From Eledone cirrhosa (lineage: Eukaryota), in the NCBI GenBank assembly GCA_964016885.1, contig OZ024745.1, positions 31,434,001 through 31,498,000 of the forward strand: a stretch of DNA of 64,000 bases, written 5' to 3'. The position numbers were made by a program, and so were the translations under genes. Positions within the stretch are counted from its first letter, which is position 1. Each line of letters opens with the position of its first letter. Below the pieces are notes generated by a model. It worked only from the letters and a program-made list of their open reading frames with translations, was not told where the DNA came from and did no database searches. Positions 25,272 through 36,459 of the stretch are shown in pieces.

Positions 25272-28200
25272 ATGGATGTAAAAGTGAAATCTTTAATTGA
25301 TTATGTTTCTGACTGTAAGGATGAAAAAGAATGCAAACAAAAACTCCAGAAAGCATTCGATCTAATTACGCAAATGGACCGATTACAGTTTACAACAGAT
25401 ATGCCGCAAGCAATATCAACCGACATGTTGATACAATTAGCAGACTTAGCTATAAAAAATAATCTTTATGATATTGGAGAAGAATGCATCAATCTGTTTT
25501 TTATGAGATCTAATGCAACTGACCTTCATAGGTGTGAAGCATACTTATATCTCGCTCAGTTATCCGCACCAACGAATATATTTGATGTTGCACGTTTGGA
25601 AAAGGCAAGTCAACATATTATAAGAGCACTCAACTTAGCTACTAAAAACCCCAATTTGCATCCTGAAATTTACAAAGCCTCGCTACTTTACTGGAAGTTA
25701 AGCCATCCATTTTTGCGCCCAGGTTTCTATCATCTTGTAGCAAGCGGATTCCAAAACATTGTTAGGGCTCTTACTGAAGTAAACAGCATTAACTATAACT
25801 GGAGAGCGCTACTATCCATAACATTGATTGAAATTTATAGTAAAACTGGCAGGAAAATTGAAGCTATGGAAATTGCTAAAACAGCAAATATTTTTATTAA
25901 AAAATTTGCACCAACTTTCTATAAAAGATTACTCGAACTGTTGATTCGTTATCAATTGGCCGATTCCATTGTCAACATGTGGGTAATTAAATCTTCGGTT
26001 GAGCTGTTTGCTTTTTATAGTATTGTGAAATTGAATTATAATAGTGATGTTAGAGATATTACTAGAGATATAACTAAAATAATGTTCTTGCTGAACATAA
26101 ACATACACGGTACTGATAACATAGGGCAATCTCAAGAATCAGTTGCGAGTTCTCAGTCACCTCGTGAAAGCAAGAAAAAATCTAGTTCCAAGGACTCTGC
26201 TGGGTATAAAGTTCGATTAACAGATAGTCCAGCACGACAATATCTGTTACTTGAGTTGACACGACTATGTCTCAAGAACAATTTACTACCATTAGCACAG
26301 ACATGTGTTACTACAGCTATGAATTCTTTAAAACATAAGGAAGCATATTATACTCAGTTGAAATTTGCAGAAAGTGAAATAATGGTAAAATCACTTGGTG
26401 ACAATGAAGAATCCTATAGTAGAAAATCAGTTGAAACTCGATTAAATGCAATAAAACTTTGTGAAGAAAACATTGCCATAGCTTGGAAACAGAATGATGC
26501 TTCTGCTGTACAGTGTGGATGTGTGACTTTATGGAATCTTTCTCTTCCATTATTGCAATCAAATTTACGTCATCATTTATGTAAACCTTTAACACTGGTT
26601 GCCCAGGCCCTTGAAGACATTCAGAGTTTATTTATTCAACTTCGATGCCAAGTTCATCGAGAATTGGCTTTGTGTGAAGAAAAGGAACATATACAAATTG
26701 CTATAAGCCACTTGAAGAAAGCAATTGTTTTAGATGGTTCAAAAGTGTATCATAATCAACTGTCTTGGAAATTGAACTACTTAACATTAGTATCAGAACT
26801 GTATATGAAACCAGACAGCCCAGAGGATATTGCTGGAAAGATCATTGAAGAGGCTCGAAAAGTGAAACCACTTGGAACAAAGGAAGGAATGCGAGCTCTT
26901 CTCATAAAAGCAGGAACCACATTATCACCAGATGCATTCCTAACAGTTATTGATAGTGAAAGTTTGTTTTGTGAAAATGTCAAAATTTTGCCAAATATGA
27001 CATATCAGCTTGCTGATCGTGTTCAAAAATATAATGCTCATATTAAAAAAATTGATGGCCATTTACTTACAGTTGAAGATAAACAGGACCAAATACGTAT
27101 GCATCTCTGGGCAGACTTATCAAAGGTTGCTCGGAAACATGGTGTTTGGGATGTATGTCGTACAGCAGCCATGTTTTGTCTCCTCTATGATGACAATCGG
27201 TGGTCCACTACATGCAAAGATAAAGATACTTTTATTACTTCAACAGAATGCAATTCATTTGATAATACATTTAAATCTGATGAAAATGTTGAAGAAATTT
27301 CAGTTTCAAAAAAGAAAAAAGTTGTCAGTGAAAAATTGCCTCTCAGTGACCTAGAGCATGTTCGTCTTTTAGCAGAGATCAACTTTATACAAGGAGAAGC
27401 TTGTTTAAAATTGCTTTACCAAGAAAATGTAAAACTAAATGATTTACCAGTTTATCCTCAAGATTATAGCAAACATGGTAAACATTATGAAACAACTAAT
27501 CCAGCTGAAGATAAAGACTGGCAGATATACTGTCAGTGGATTCAACAGATGAATAACAAAATTACCTCAAGTTTTCTTCGAGGTCTTATTTATGGATGCA
27601 ACTTGAATGAAAGTTATATTGTTGGCAATGCTGCTACATATCTTTGGAATTATAATCTCCATATCATTGAACAAAACCGTCAATCTGAAATTGTTGGTTG
27701 TCTTACAACTGTTTTAGAAAGTATTCAAAAAGTTGATTTTAGTGAATTTGTTATCTTGCTTATGAATATCTGTATAAATTTAGCTACAGGACTTATGATG
27801 CCATGGATGCCTGCAATTCCAGATAAAACTTCTGAATTACAAACTACATATCTGGAAAAAACTAATACACAAAAGAATCAACCAAAATCTATGCCGATAC
27901 TTATTTCCACTCAAGCCGCTCCTGATCTGAAAAGAGCCATTGAAATTTGTGAGTATGCTATTGAGATTACCAATAGGAAAAAGTATATTGGTTCCATACC
28001 TTTGTCAATAAAAGTTGCACTGTTCAAAACTTGGGTCATTGCCAAGCAAATGTCTCTGCAACAGATTTATAGGAGCGTGCCTAAGGATGATGATTACGAA
28101 AAACAAACATCACAAATTATTGTTGATTTAGAAATGTATACTTATACAAAAAATGGAGTTATGGAATTCAAAGATTTATTGCCATTATCAAATTTAGTTT

Positions 28201-31200
28201 CTGTTATGTTGAAACATCAATGGAAAGATGCTTTGATTAAACTCCAGCTTTGTACACGTTTGGCTGAAATTCTCTATAACAATAAACATTATGATTTAGT
28301 GGTAAAACTTGCAAAAGCGGTAACAAAGTCTTATATGGATCCATCATTATTCAGTTGTGAAAAGGAGAAGAATTGGAAAAGCATAGATAAAAACCACATA
28401 CAAGAAAAAGTTAGTTATTTGTTTCTATTGATGGGCCAATGTTTGACTGAAAATATGGAAGGACAAGCTGTTAGATGGGAAGCTATAAATAATTTTATAA
28501 AAGCTGCTGAATATTCTGTTCCTTCCCATAATTATACGATTCTGATGAAAGCTACTAGAAATTATTGGAATTCAATTCAACCTTTGATTAATATTTGCTC
28601 TGAAAGAAAATCTCTGAAAGCTTCTCTTCAAGAAATTCTTTCTTATATATCCAAAGTCACAAATAAAATCAAAGAACTACTCAATGTGGAAAAAATTGCT
28701 TCCTATGTATCTGAACTTAATCGAATCACATTGTATGGCTATGTTGGAAAAAGCTGGGAGAGTGAACCTATTGTAACTAATGATGATGATGACCAGAAAC
28801 TCCAGATTTCTTTATATAATGTCTTATGTGATTGTTTTGAAGACAGCAATAATTATGAAATGATTATTAAAACCCTCAATACAGCTATATCAAACTTGCC
28901 ACAAAGTTGTCATAAAATTCAGTTGTACAGACGAAGAATTGTGGTCAAAGCAAAATTAGGGGAAAATATGTTAATGGATCTCCAAAAGTTTCGAGAAAAA
29001 GAAGAATTTGTTGCCATTTTGTGGCGAGACATAGCATTACACAGCAATAACTTATCAGAACAATGTATTGCATACCAAAATGCAATTGAAAGTTTGTCAA
29101 GTGTGGAATATAGTTGGCAGAAAATTGATTATCTCCTTGAATTCAGTCAGTGGCTTTATACATACCAAATGCCAGAACAAATTGTTGTGGATCAAATAGA
29201 ATGGGCCATAGATATTCTTATGGGTATTGTTTCAGAAATTAACAAAGAAACATCTGTAAATCAAAAAATAGATTCTAAATTATCCTCTATGTCTTATCCT
29301 TTACCAAACATAGAAGAAAATACTCAACTAGATCAAGAACAGGCTGAAAATTCCAACATTAATGAAAATGACAGTCATGCTGATCCCCTAGAAAAAGAAA
29401 TTATTATTGGAGCTCCTCTTCATGATTGTACTACAGCTACAGAAAAAATGAATAATGTGAAACAGCTGAGTTATTTGATCAAATGTTATACTCTCTTATG
29501 TGAGATTTACACTCCTGCATCTCCTTTTTACATAAGATATTCACTTATGGCTTATTCATTTACAATCAGGTTGTGGCAAGTGTGTACTTCTGCTGCATTA
29601 ACTTGTTTTACAGAAATCGCTAAGACCCAAAGTGTGATTTTAAAAGACTTTTCACCCGTAAGCAAAACCAGTGAAGCATCAAAACAGAAAGTAAAAGAGA
29701 AGACTGAACACTGCTTTTCTCCAACAAAAGAAAAGAACAAAAAGAAATTCTTAAATGTCAATGTTTCATCTCTAACTTCGGAAGAATGGGCAGTATTTGA
29801 AGTACCATCTGATTTAGAGGAAATTTTCACCCATCCAAGTTTAGAGACTAGAGGAATTAATGAAAACACTATTAATGATCCAATGATGAGCTTGCATTAC
29901 CTAGATAAATTAGTAGCTAATCTTCAAAATATTGGTTCTTATCATTTAACTTTACCAGTATTAGCTTTGATGCATACTATAGCCTCATTTGCAGCACATT
30001 CTAAATCTTTTGTTCTCTACACGTATTGTAAAAGAATGGAAGTATGTGCTAAACTCAATTTGCCACAATGTTCTTCTTTTCATGAAAATGTTATTGATCA
30101 AACCTCTGGTATTGATTCTAATGAGGTGGTTGAAATAAAAGAGAAATTTCATGAATATATTCTAGAAAAGAATAGTTCCGAGAAACCAGACATAAAAAAA
30201 GAAAAAACATTTCATAAATGTCATTTAGGGCATTCTTTTCAAGATACCTATGTGTATCAAATTTGGACAAAGACTGCTGAAGCATTGATTGAGCAAACAC
30301 ACTATCAACTTGCCAGGAAATTTCTATGTGAAGCCTACGAATTTGCCACAAGTTTCAAAGATATATTCTACCAAGGGAAATTATGCTTCTTAAAAGCTAA
30401 ACTTGCTTTCTTTGAGGCTCAATACAAAGATGCTTTTGATTTATGTATGAAAGCTGAGGAAATCATGGTAGGTGATTTAGAATGTTGGTATGAAATAATA
30501 ATGTTAAAGGCAGATGCTGCTCTTCACACTTTTCCAAAAAATGGATGCCGTTTTGTTGAACAGTTTCTGCAAAGTATGATTAAAGAATTTGAAAACTTAT
30601 CTTTGACCAGACCAAACCAAACCATTGGTTGTGGTTTTACAATTGCTTTAATTCAAGCAAAAATTGGTGAAGTTCGGATTGAATACTTTATAAGCCAATA
30701 TAACAATCTTTCTTCTGATTGTGTACAAAAAGAATTTAGATCGTCATTTAAGTATTTTGATGATTCAGCTGAATTCCTTCTCAAGCATAAGTTTACAAAA
30801 GATGCCGTCAAAGTCATGCACAACCATGCCAAATTACTACATCGGATTGCTTTGACAACTACAAATGACACTAACACTTTGTGGTCATATTATCTAGAGT
30901 CCATAAAAGTCTTTACTCGTGCCATAATGCATGCTCGAGTTAATTTTTATGATGTAATGAGGATACTTCCTAAAGATATAAATTTAAGTTTGAGTTTACC
31001 TCTACATCGAGAATTTAGTAGCTTACAAAATAGCTGTGCTGAAGTTATGAGTGAGTTTCAAACTATTAAAACAAACAATGAAATTGAGAAAATACAAAGA
31101 AACCATCATGATATTGAAAGATTAAAACTAGAGAAAGAATTTATCTTTAAATCTCCTGATTATTTGGAAACTGAAAATAAATGGATAATGACCAAGCACT

Positions 31201-33494
31201 GGATTGCTAATGAAATTCTTTCTCTTGCAACTTCTGCACATAGTCTTGCTAGAACAATACCATGGATTAAATCTAGAAGTTTGCTTATAATTGGTAAATG
31301 TTTAGTAAATTTGTCATTCTTAGAACAAACATTCCCCTCTCAGGTTTGGTTTCAGTATAATGTAGAAGCAGATAAAGAGTCACTGGATAATGAAAACATA
31401 CAATCTGATGAAAACAGAGAGGGAAAAAATGTATTATCAACTAACTCAAATCAAACTTTAAATTTATTGAGGAAAATTTCAGAACTAAAATTGAAAGATG
31501 AAATTTCATTATGTTATTTTTGTCAAGCTACAGAATGTTTAACTCAAGCTTTAAATATTGCTTTTAATCTTAAACAAACAGATGTAATTATGCAGGCTTC
31601 ATATGAACTTATGAACGCTATTGGTCATTTGGATGCTATTACTTCATCTAATTTACTTGCTTTGTATCAAAGTTGTCAGGCATCTAGTTATTTAAATAAA
31701 TTGCTAGATATCAGTCAAGCAGACCCTTACAGTTGTCGTTTGGCAGCCCTTTTGCATCAAAGGAAACATCTGTTGAATAATTATATTGAGAGAAACTTCA
31801 TTTGCACTAATATTTTTTCTGCTGTAACAAATTCATTAGAAACAGATTGGCAAGCATGGAAAAATACATTGGTTTTATCAAATCATTTTGACATTGTCAA
31901 AGATTTCCCCAACAACTTCAACTTTATAATCCTCCAGCATTCTCCTGACAAATGTTCTCTATTTTGTAGTTTACTAGACAAACCCAAATTAACTAAAAGT
32001 GCTGCAGTCCTTAGGCAACAGACACCAAATACACCAGGAAATTTATTAAAACGATCTTCAATATGGAAATGCAAAGTTAATCCTGACAACTTAGATCAGC
32101 TTCTTAAAATGTTGAAGTTATATAAAGAAAACATTAGGCGTACTTTACTGAGAAAAAATTTTGAAGTGAAAAATCAGCCTGCATTCAAAGATACGTTTGA
32201 ATCTTTCAAATCCGATCCTGATTCTCCTAATGTATCAGAAAGTATTATATTTGATGATGAAGATTGGATGAAAGAAAAATTTGAAGAAATTGTTGCCTTG
32301 ATGGAAGATTACCTTGCACCTTTACTTAAGTCATTGCAAACAGTTTTTCAAAATATTTTTGCACCATTATTTTCAAATATATCCATTAAAGACATATCCA
32401 TGAAAGACAATTCAGAGCATTCTTTCATTATAATTTTAGCTGATCCTGATTTACTTGAACTTCCTCTAGAGTCTTTAAATTTGTTTCGTGAATATGAACA
32501 TATGTCTGTGACTCGAGACATTTCTTTGCAATTTCTTTACCATAGATTCCACCAAGAGGAACTACTTATTGAAGAAACTAAAGAGAAAAAACATAGAGAT
32601 AAAAAAAGCCATGCAAAGACTTCCCGTTTACTAGCGTATAAAGATCTTACCAAGAAACGGAAACGAGAACCAACTGATCATGTAACACCACCATGGGGTC
32701 TGTCTGTTGATACAGATTCAATAAAATACATTGTGGATGCCAACTATGAATTTAATGAATCTGAGAAATATGACTACTGCAAGGTTTTTAAATCTCTATT
32801 GACAAAATATGAACACCAATATACTTCCAATTGGAGTGGTTTGTGTGGAGATATTAGAAATGCAAGTAGTGGAGAATTGGAGATTTATCTAAATGGAAGT
32901 GGATCTTTCATTTTCTTTGCTCCTTACAAACTAACATCTTATTTAAATCCATCCAAAATTCCTACTTTTAATCTTGCAAAATGTGTGCTAGTATGCCAAT
33001 TTGATTTGAGTGAAAACTGTTTGAGCTATAAACACCAATCTCACCATGATGCTTTAAAATCAGGACAAGTTTCTTCTTTGGAAAATCCAGTAACAACAGC
33101 ATTACTTCTGAGCCTAGCAGGAGTACGCTGTATAATGAGTAATCAATGGGCAAGTCAACTCAGTGACAACATAAATCTGTTGAAAACATCCATGAAATAC
33201 TTACTATCTTGTGGACTTTCTACTGGGGAAACAATTCGGTATATTCATGCACCATATTTGAAATCAGATACAAAGACCAGCACAGAGGAGTATGTTAACA
33301 AACAAGAAAAAAAGATTAATAAAAAACCTCCAAAAACTGAAAAGAGAAAGGATGTGAGCGTAAGTGTAATAGCTAGTAATACATCCGTAAGTCAAAAAAA
33401 GTCCTCTATAATGATTGATCTTAAAGAGCTAAATCCTAATTGCTTTAACACAGTTTGTTATGGATTACCAAATGTATTTGTGTCACAGATTTAA
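25272..33494 (+). CDS. CFAP46: Cilia- and flagella-associated protein 46 (TTC40), single coding exon, 2740 aa
   Basis: Uninterrupted ORF. N-terminus MDVKVKSLI..KLQKAFDLI..IYKASLLYWKLSHPFLRPGFYH, internal CVTLWNLSLPLLQSNLRHHL and HGVWDVCRTAAMFCLLYDD, and C-terminal IILADPDLLELPLESL..VTRDISLQ..LAGVRCIMSNQW..VCYGLP match CFAP46 as recalled. The ATG at 25272 aligns with the orthologue start. Confidence 0.92.
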   Translation: MDVKVKSLIDYVSDCKDEKECKQKLQKAFDLITQMDRLQFTTDMPQAISTDMLIQLADLAIKNNLYDIGEECINLFFMRSNATDLHRCEAYLYLAQLSAPTNIFDVARLEKASQHIIRALNLATKNPNLHPEIYKASLLYWKLSHPFLRPGFYHLVASGFQNIVRALTEVNSINYNWRALLSITLIEIYSKTGRKIEAMEIAKTANIFIKKFAPTFYKRLLELLIRYQLADSIVNMWVIKSSVELFAFYSIVKLNYNSDVRDITRDITKIMFLLNINIHGTDNIGQSQESVASSQSPRESKKKSSSKDSAGYKVRLTDSPARQYLLLELTRLCLKNNLLPLAQTCVTTAMNSLKHKEAYYTQLKFAESEIMVKSLGDNEESYSRKSVETRLNAIKLCEENIAIAWKQNDASAVQCGCVTLWNLSLPLLQSNLRHHLCKPLTLVAQALEDIQSLFIQLRCQVHRELALCEEKEHIQIAISHLKKAIVLDGSKVYHNQLSWKLNYLTLVSELYMKPDSPEDIAGKIIEEARKVKPLGTKEGMRALLIKAGTTLSPDAFLTVIDSESLFCENVKILPNMTYQLADRVQKYNAHIKKIDGHLLTVEDKQDQIRMHLWADLSKVARKHGVWDVCRTAAMFCLLYDDNRWSTTCKDKDTFITSTECNSFDNTFKSDENVEEISVSKKKKVVSEKLPLSDLEHVRLLAEINFIQGEACLKLLYQENVKLNDLPVYPQDYSKHGKHYETTNPAEDKDWQIYCQWIQQMNNKITSSFLRGLIYGCNLNESYIVGNAATYLWNYNLHIIEQNRQSEIVGCLTTVLESIQKVDFSEFVILLMNICINLATGLMMPWMPAIPDKTSELQTTYLEKTNTQKNQPKSMPILISTQAAPDLKRAIEICEYAIEITNRKKYIGSIPLSIKVALFKTWVIAKQMSLQQIYRSVPKDDDYEKQTSQIIVDLEMYTYTKNGVMEFKDLLPLSNLVSVMLKHQWKDALIKLQLCTRLAEILYNNKHYDLVVKLAKAVTKSYMDPSLFSCEKEKNWKSIDKNHIQEKVSYLFLLMGQCLTENMEGQAVRWEAINNFIKAAEYSVPSHNYTILMKATRNYWNSIQPLINICSERKSLKASLQEILSYISKVTNKIKELLNVEKIASYVSELNRITLYGYVGKSWESEPIVTNDDDDQKLQISLYNVLCDCFEDSNNYEMIIKTLNTAISNLPQSCHKIQLYRRRIVVKAKLGENMLMDLQKFREKEEFVAILWRDIALHSNNLSEQCIAYQNAIESLSSVEYSWQKIDYLLEFSQWLYTYQMPEQIVVDQIEWAIDILMGIVSEINKETSVNQKIDSKLSSMSYPLPNIEENTQLDQEQAENSNINENDSHADPLEKEIIIGAPLHDCTTATEKMNNVKQLSYLIKCYTLLCEIYTPASPFYIRYSLMAYSFTIRLWQVCTSAALTCFTEIAKTQSVILKDFSPVSKTSEASKQKVKEKTEHCFSPTKEKNKKKFLNVNVSSLTSEEWAVFEVPSDLEEIFTHPSLETRGINENTINDPMMSLHYLDKLVANLQNIGSYHLTLPVLALMHTIASFAAHSKSFVLYTYCKRMEVCAKLNLPQCSSFHENVIDQTSGIDSNEVVEIKEKFHEYILEKNSSEKPDIKKEKTFHKCHLGHSFQDTYVYQIWTKTAEALIEQTHYQLARKFLCEAYEFATSFKDIFYQGKLCFLKAKLAFFEAQYKDAFDLCMKAEEIMVGDLECWYEIIMLKADAALHTFPKNGCRFVEQFLQSMIKEFENLSLTRPNQTIGCGFTIALIQAKIGEVRIEYFISQYNNLSSDCVQKEFRSSFKYFDDSAEFLLKHKFTKDAVKVMHNHAKLLHRIALTTTNDTNTLWSYYLESIKVFTRAIMHARVNFYDVMRILPKDINLSLSLPLHREFSSLQNSCAEVMSEFQTIKTNNEIEKIQRNHHDIERLKLEKEFIFKSPDYLETENKWIMTKHWIANEILSLATSAHSLARTIPWIKSRSLLIIGKCLVNLSFLEQTFPSQVWFQYNVEADKESLDNENIQSDENREGKNVLSTNSNQTLNLLRKISELKLKDEISLCYFCQATECLTQALNIAFNLKQTDVIMQASYELMNAIGHLDAITSSNLLALYQSCQASSYLNKLLDISQADPYSCRLAALLHQRKHLLNNYIERNFICTNIFSAVTNSLETDWQAWKNTLVLSNHFDIVKDFPNNFNFIILQHSPDKCSLFCSLLDKPKLTKSAAVLRQQTPNTPGNLLKRSSIWKCKVNPDNLDQLLKMLKLYKENIRRTLLRKNFEVKNQPAFKDTFESFKSDPDSPNVSESIIFDDEDWMKEKFEEIVALMEDYLAPLLKSLQTVFQNIFAPLFSNISIKDISMKDNSEHSFIIILADPDLLELPLESLNLFREYEHMSVTRDISLQFLYHRFHQEELLIEETKEKKHRDKKSHAKTSRLLAYKDLTKKRKREPTDHVTPPWGLSVDTDSIKYIVDANYEFNESEKYDYCKVFKSLLTKYEHQYTSNWSGLCGDIRNASSGELEIYLNGSGSFIFFAPYKLTSYLNPSKIPTFNLAKCVLVCQFDLSENCLSYKHQSHHDALKSGQVSSLENPVTTALLLSLAGVRCIMSNQWASQLSDNINLLKTSMKYLLSCGLSTGETIRYIHAPYLKSDTKTSTEEYVNKQEKKINKKPPKTEKRKDVSVSVIASNTSVSQKKSSIMIDLKELNPNCFNTVCYGLPNVFVSQI

Positions 33495-33754
33495 CCCTTT
33501 TGTTACCATATTTCTAATTAAAGATAGTGGCTATTGCTTACAAATTATTTGGAAAATAATCAAGAATTTGGAGGGATTCAGTGATATAACCAATTTTCTC
33601 ATTATTAAACTGATGTTTGGAGTATAGCTTAACAAAGGTTCTCCAAATAAAATTATGATGGAAGATATTTAGATTTTTTGAACACTGAAGAATAAACAAC
33701 TTAGTATTGTAGAACCAGGAGCAGTTTCAGGCAGTTTGGTAAAGAAAGGGTTAA
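33491..33754. mobile_element. piggyBac-type MITE with TTAA target duplication overlapping the CFAP46 stop codon
   Basis: TTAA-CCCTTTTGTTACC ... GGTAAAGAAAGGG-TTAA; related copy at ~8794-9048. Confidence 0.75.
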
Positions 33755-34115
33755 AAAAAATTCTCGGTGAATATTAAATACATGTTATATGAATTTTAAT
33801 AATCATTTTTTCTATTATAATTCCATTCATATCTGCGATGCATTATAGGAATATAAATCAACCCCAGTATTTGACTGGTTATTCACCCTGGAAGGGTAGG
33901 AGGCAAAGTCAACGTGATTCCTATCACCAACAACTTTCAAACATTGATAATTGCAAATTATATATTTTAAACTGTTGTGCTTTACATTCTGTCAAATCAG
34001 TTTTCATAATTATTACAGTATTCATTAAATATATTATCAACAATGATAATCTATAAATCTGTTTTATCCAGACCAGTTCTTATATTATGTTACTTTCACC
34101 TTATCTCTTGAAGTA

Positions 34116-34121
34116 AATAAA
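34116..34121 (+). terminator. Candidate CFAP46 polyadenylation signal
   Basis: AATAAA in unique sequence ~620 nt after the stop. Other AATAAA hexamers lie inside the MITE (~33646, ~33691). Confidence 0.4.
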
Positions 34122-34126
34122 AATTT

Positions 34127-34279
34127 CTCACATGTACAAAATGCTTAGAGTATATCAAGATGTATACTTTTTCTGCCTTGTTCTAATGATTTTTGTGACC
34201 CACTAACCCACAAAAATCATTAGAACAAGCCAGAAAAAGTATACATCTTGATATACTCTAAGCATTTTGTACATGTGAG
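34127..34279. repeat. Near-perfect hairpin (71-bp arms, 11-nt loop)
   Basis: 34127-34197 is the reverse complement of 34209-34279 with one mismatch. Confidence 0.95.
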
Positions 34280-34589
34280 TGAATGGCTGAAGTGATGTCA
34301 CATCAACAGAAGGGATGAAGATAGGGTTTCTTTCATGTGGCAGAGTCAAACTGGTGAAGATGCATTTTCTAATTGTCTCATAGAAAATCTAATCTAATCT
34401 AAAATCTAATTTTCAGGCACATAGTTAGATATAGAAATGAAGAATGAGCAGACCCCTTACCATAAGCGATTAGTATTTCTACCACAAGCTACAGTTGATA
34501 TGTCAACAGCTAAACAATGAAAATTTCATTTCCTGTCAATCCTCTCAATATTACTTTGTTGTCAAGATATCCAATGGTCCACTTCACTG

Positions 34590-34934
34590 TATGAGAGTTG
34601 ACTTAAAAGTTCATAGGCTGACAAAGATACTCTCATGGAATGTCCAAATGAGGTTTATTTTTCAACATAGTCCTGAGAAAGAAACAATGCAGTTATTAAT
34701 AAGAAGAGTTGAAATTAATGCATGCAAGATTTCATAGCTCTAACATCACTCCTTCATGGGCTGTCCAAGATACTCTCATGGAATGTCTAAATGAGGTTTA
34801 TTTTTCAAGATAGTCCTTAGAAAGAAACAATAATGTTATTAATAAGAAGAGTTGAAATGAATGCTTGCAAGATTTCACAGTGCTAACATCACTCCTTCAT
34901 AGTCAGCCTATGAACTTTTCAGCTGACACTCGTA
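34590..34934. mobile_element. Tc1/mariner-derived MITE
   Basis: TA-TGAGAGTTGACTTAAAAGTTCATAGGCTGAC ... GTCAGCCTATGAACTTTTCAGCTGACACTCG-TA, with the internal unit duplicated. Confidence 0.8.
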
Positions 34935-36459
34935 TATAGATATCACAGAGTGGGGTTCGTTATTGCTGTAAGCAGAGGCTCTGTACTGTAAATCTGATGT
35001 TTCATTAACCCACACTGCCAAATCAAAATTCTTTAAACTTCTCATTACTATATTTCTTTTGAAAGACATAGAAGGGAACTAGTGTCAGGAAAAATGGTTT
35101 GTAGTATTTAGTTACGGCTTTCTACTTTCTGAGTTCAAATCCTGTGAAGGTCAACTTTGCTTCTCATCTTTCTGAGGTCGTTAAAATAAAGTACCAGTTA
35201 CTTATTGGAGTTAATATAATCAACTTTCCCTTTCCCCCCAAACTGTTATCCTTGTGCCAATCTTAGAAAGAATTAATTATTAAGCACTGGAGAATCAGAG
35301 TATAGAACAAATGCTTAACAGCATTTGTTCTAGGTCTTCACTTTTTGATTTCAAGTCCTGTCGTGGTCAACGCTGCCTTTCATCCTTTTCAAGTCAGTAA
35401 AATAAAGTACCAGTCACATACTGGGGTTGATATAATCAACTTTCACTTTCCCCAGCTGGTTTCTTTAAAGGAGCTGCAGTCTTGGGTCAAATGAAAACCA
35501 ATAGGGAGCACATGGAAACTGGAATGTCTTCAAGCACTCACAGCCTTCTGTCAATCGGGCAGTACAATCAGTGGAAACTCTACCTTATCGTTCTATAGAG
35601 TGTTAGTGGTGGGTAAAAGCAATGTTGTTCTTGAGAAGACTCTGGGCGTCGATGAAAATCAACTAGCCACTCTTTTCTGGAGGACTTTTAGTTTAGGGAC
35701 CTTGGCTAACTTCCAGAAATCCCTGGCCTAGTAGTGCTACCAAGAGTGAGATAAACTCTACAGGCACGGAACAGCTGCCAGCTAGGCCTGTCCGAGATGC
35801 ACGCAGGGTGACGAAACAGTCCTGCATGCACACATCAAGTGTCCAAGTATTGCTGATTTGTGGGTTTAAGTCAAACACCTGCTGTCACGCGTGGGACAGA
35901 TCCAGCTATCAGGTAAGTCGCAAAGATTGCCTTGCTGCCTTCCTTCAGCCAGGAAGTACAGGCAATTTTTATCTGGCTGGTCATTATGGAAAGAAGTCAT
36001 GTGGTGGACACGTTTGTAAAGGCTGAAGACAAGTACTTTCCTCTTTGGCAAAACCCTGATTAACTTTTTGAGGTTTCCTGTGAAGAGGAAAATGAGGGTG
36101 GAAAGGGAAGTGCTACCTTCCAACCAGTTGAATGAAAGGTGAGTGTAGTGAGCATGGCCTGAGTGAACAGGCCTACTCTGTGTATGCACCTGTAGATTGG
36201 GAGTGCACACTTGCCCCTGCAGCCAGAGAGACTGGCTTTTTGTGGCTTTTTGCTATATTTGACCCTCAGAGTTCTCCCCCTTTGGGGAATTTGTTTTAGT
36301 TTAATTTTAATTGTTCATGTTTTAGTTTTTTTGTTATAACATTTTTACACACAAAAACCCACACTCTATCGTCCTGTGCCGTCTTTAATGTTTTCTTAAT
36401 GTGAGCCCTGTGTGGCTAATAAAGAATTCATTATTATTATTTTTAATCATTTTTGTTTT

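Noticed and set aside
35460-36430. GC-richer block with short ORFs (35866-36210 etc.)
   Set aside because: Looks like decayed retroelement sequence ending in AATAAA-(ATT)n, but I could not assign a family or a consistent reading frame.
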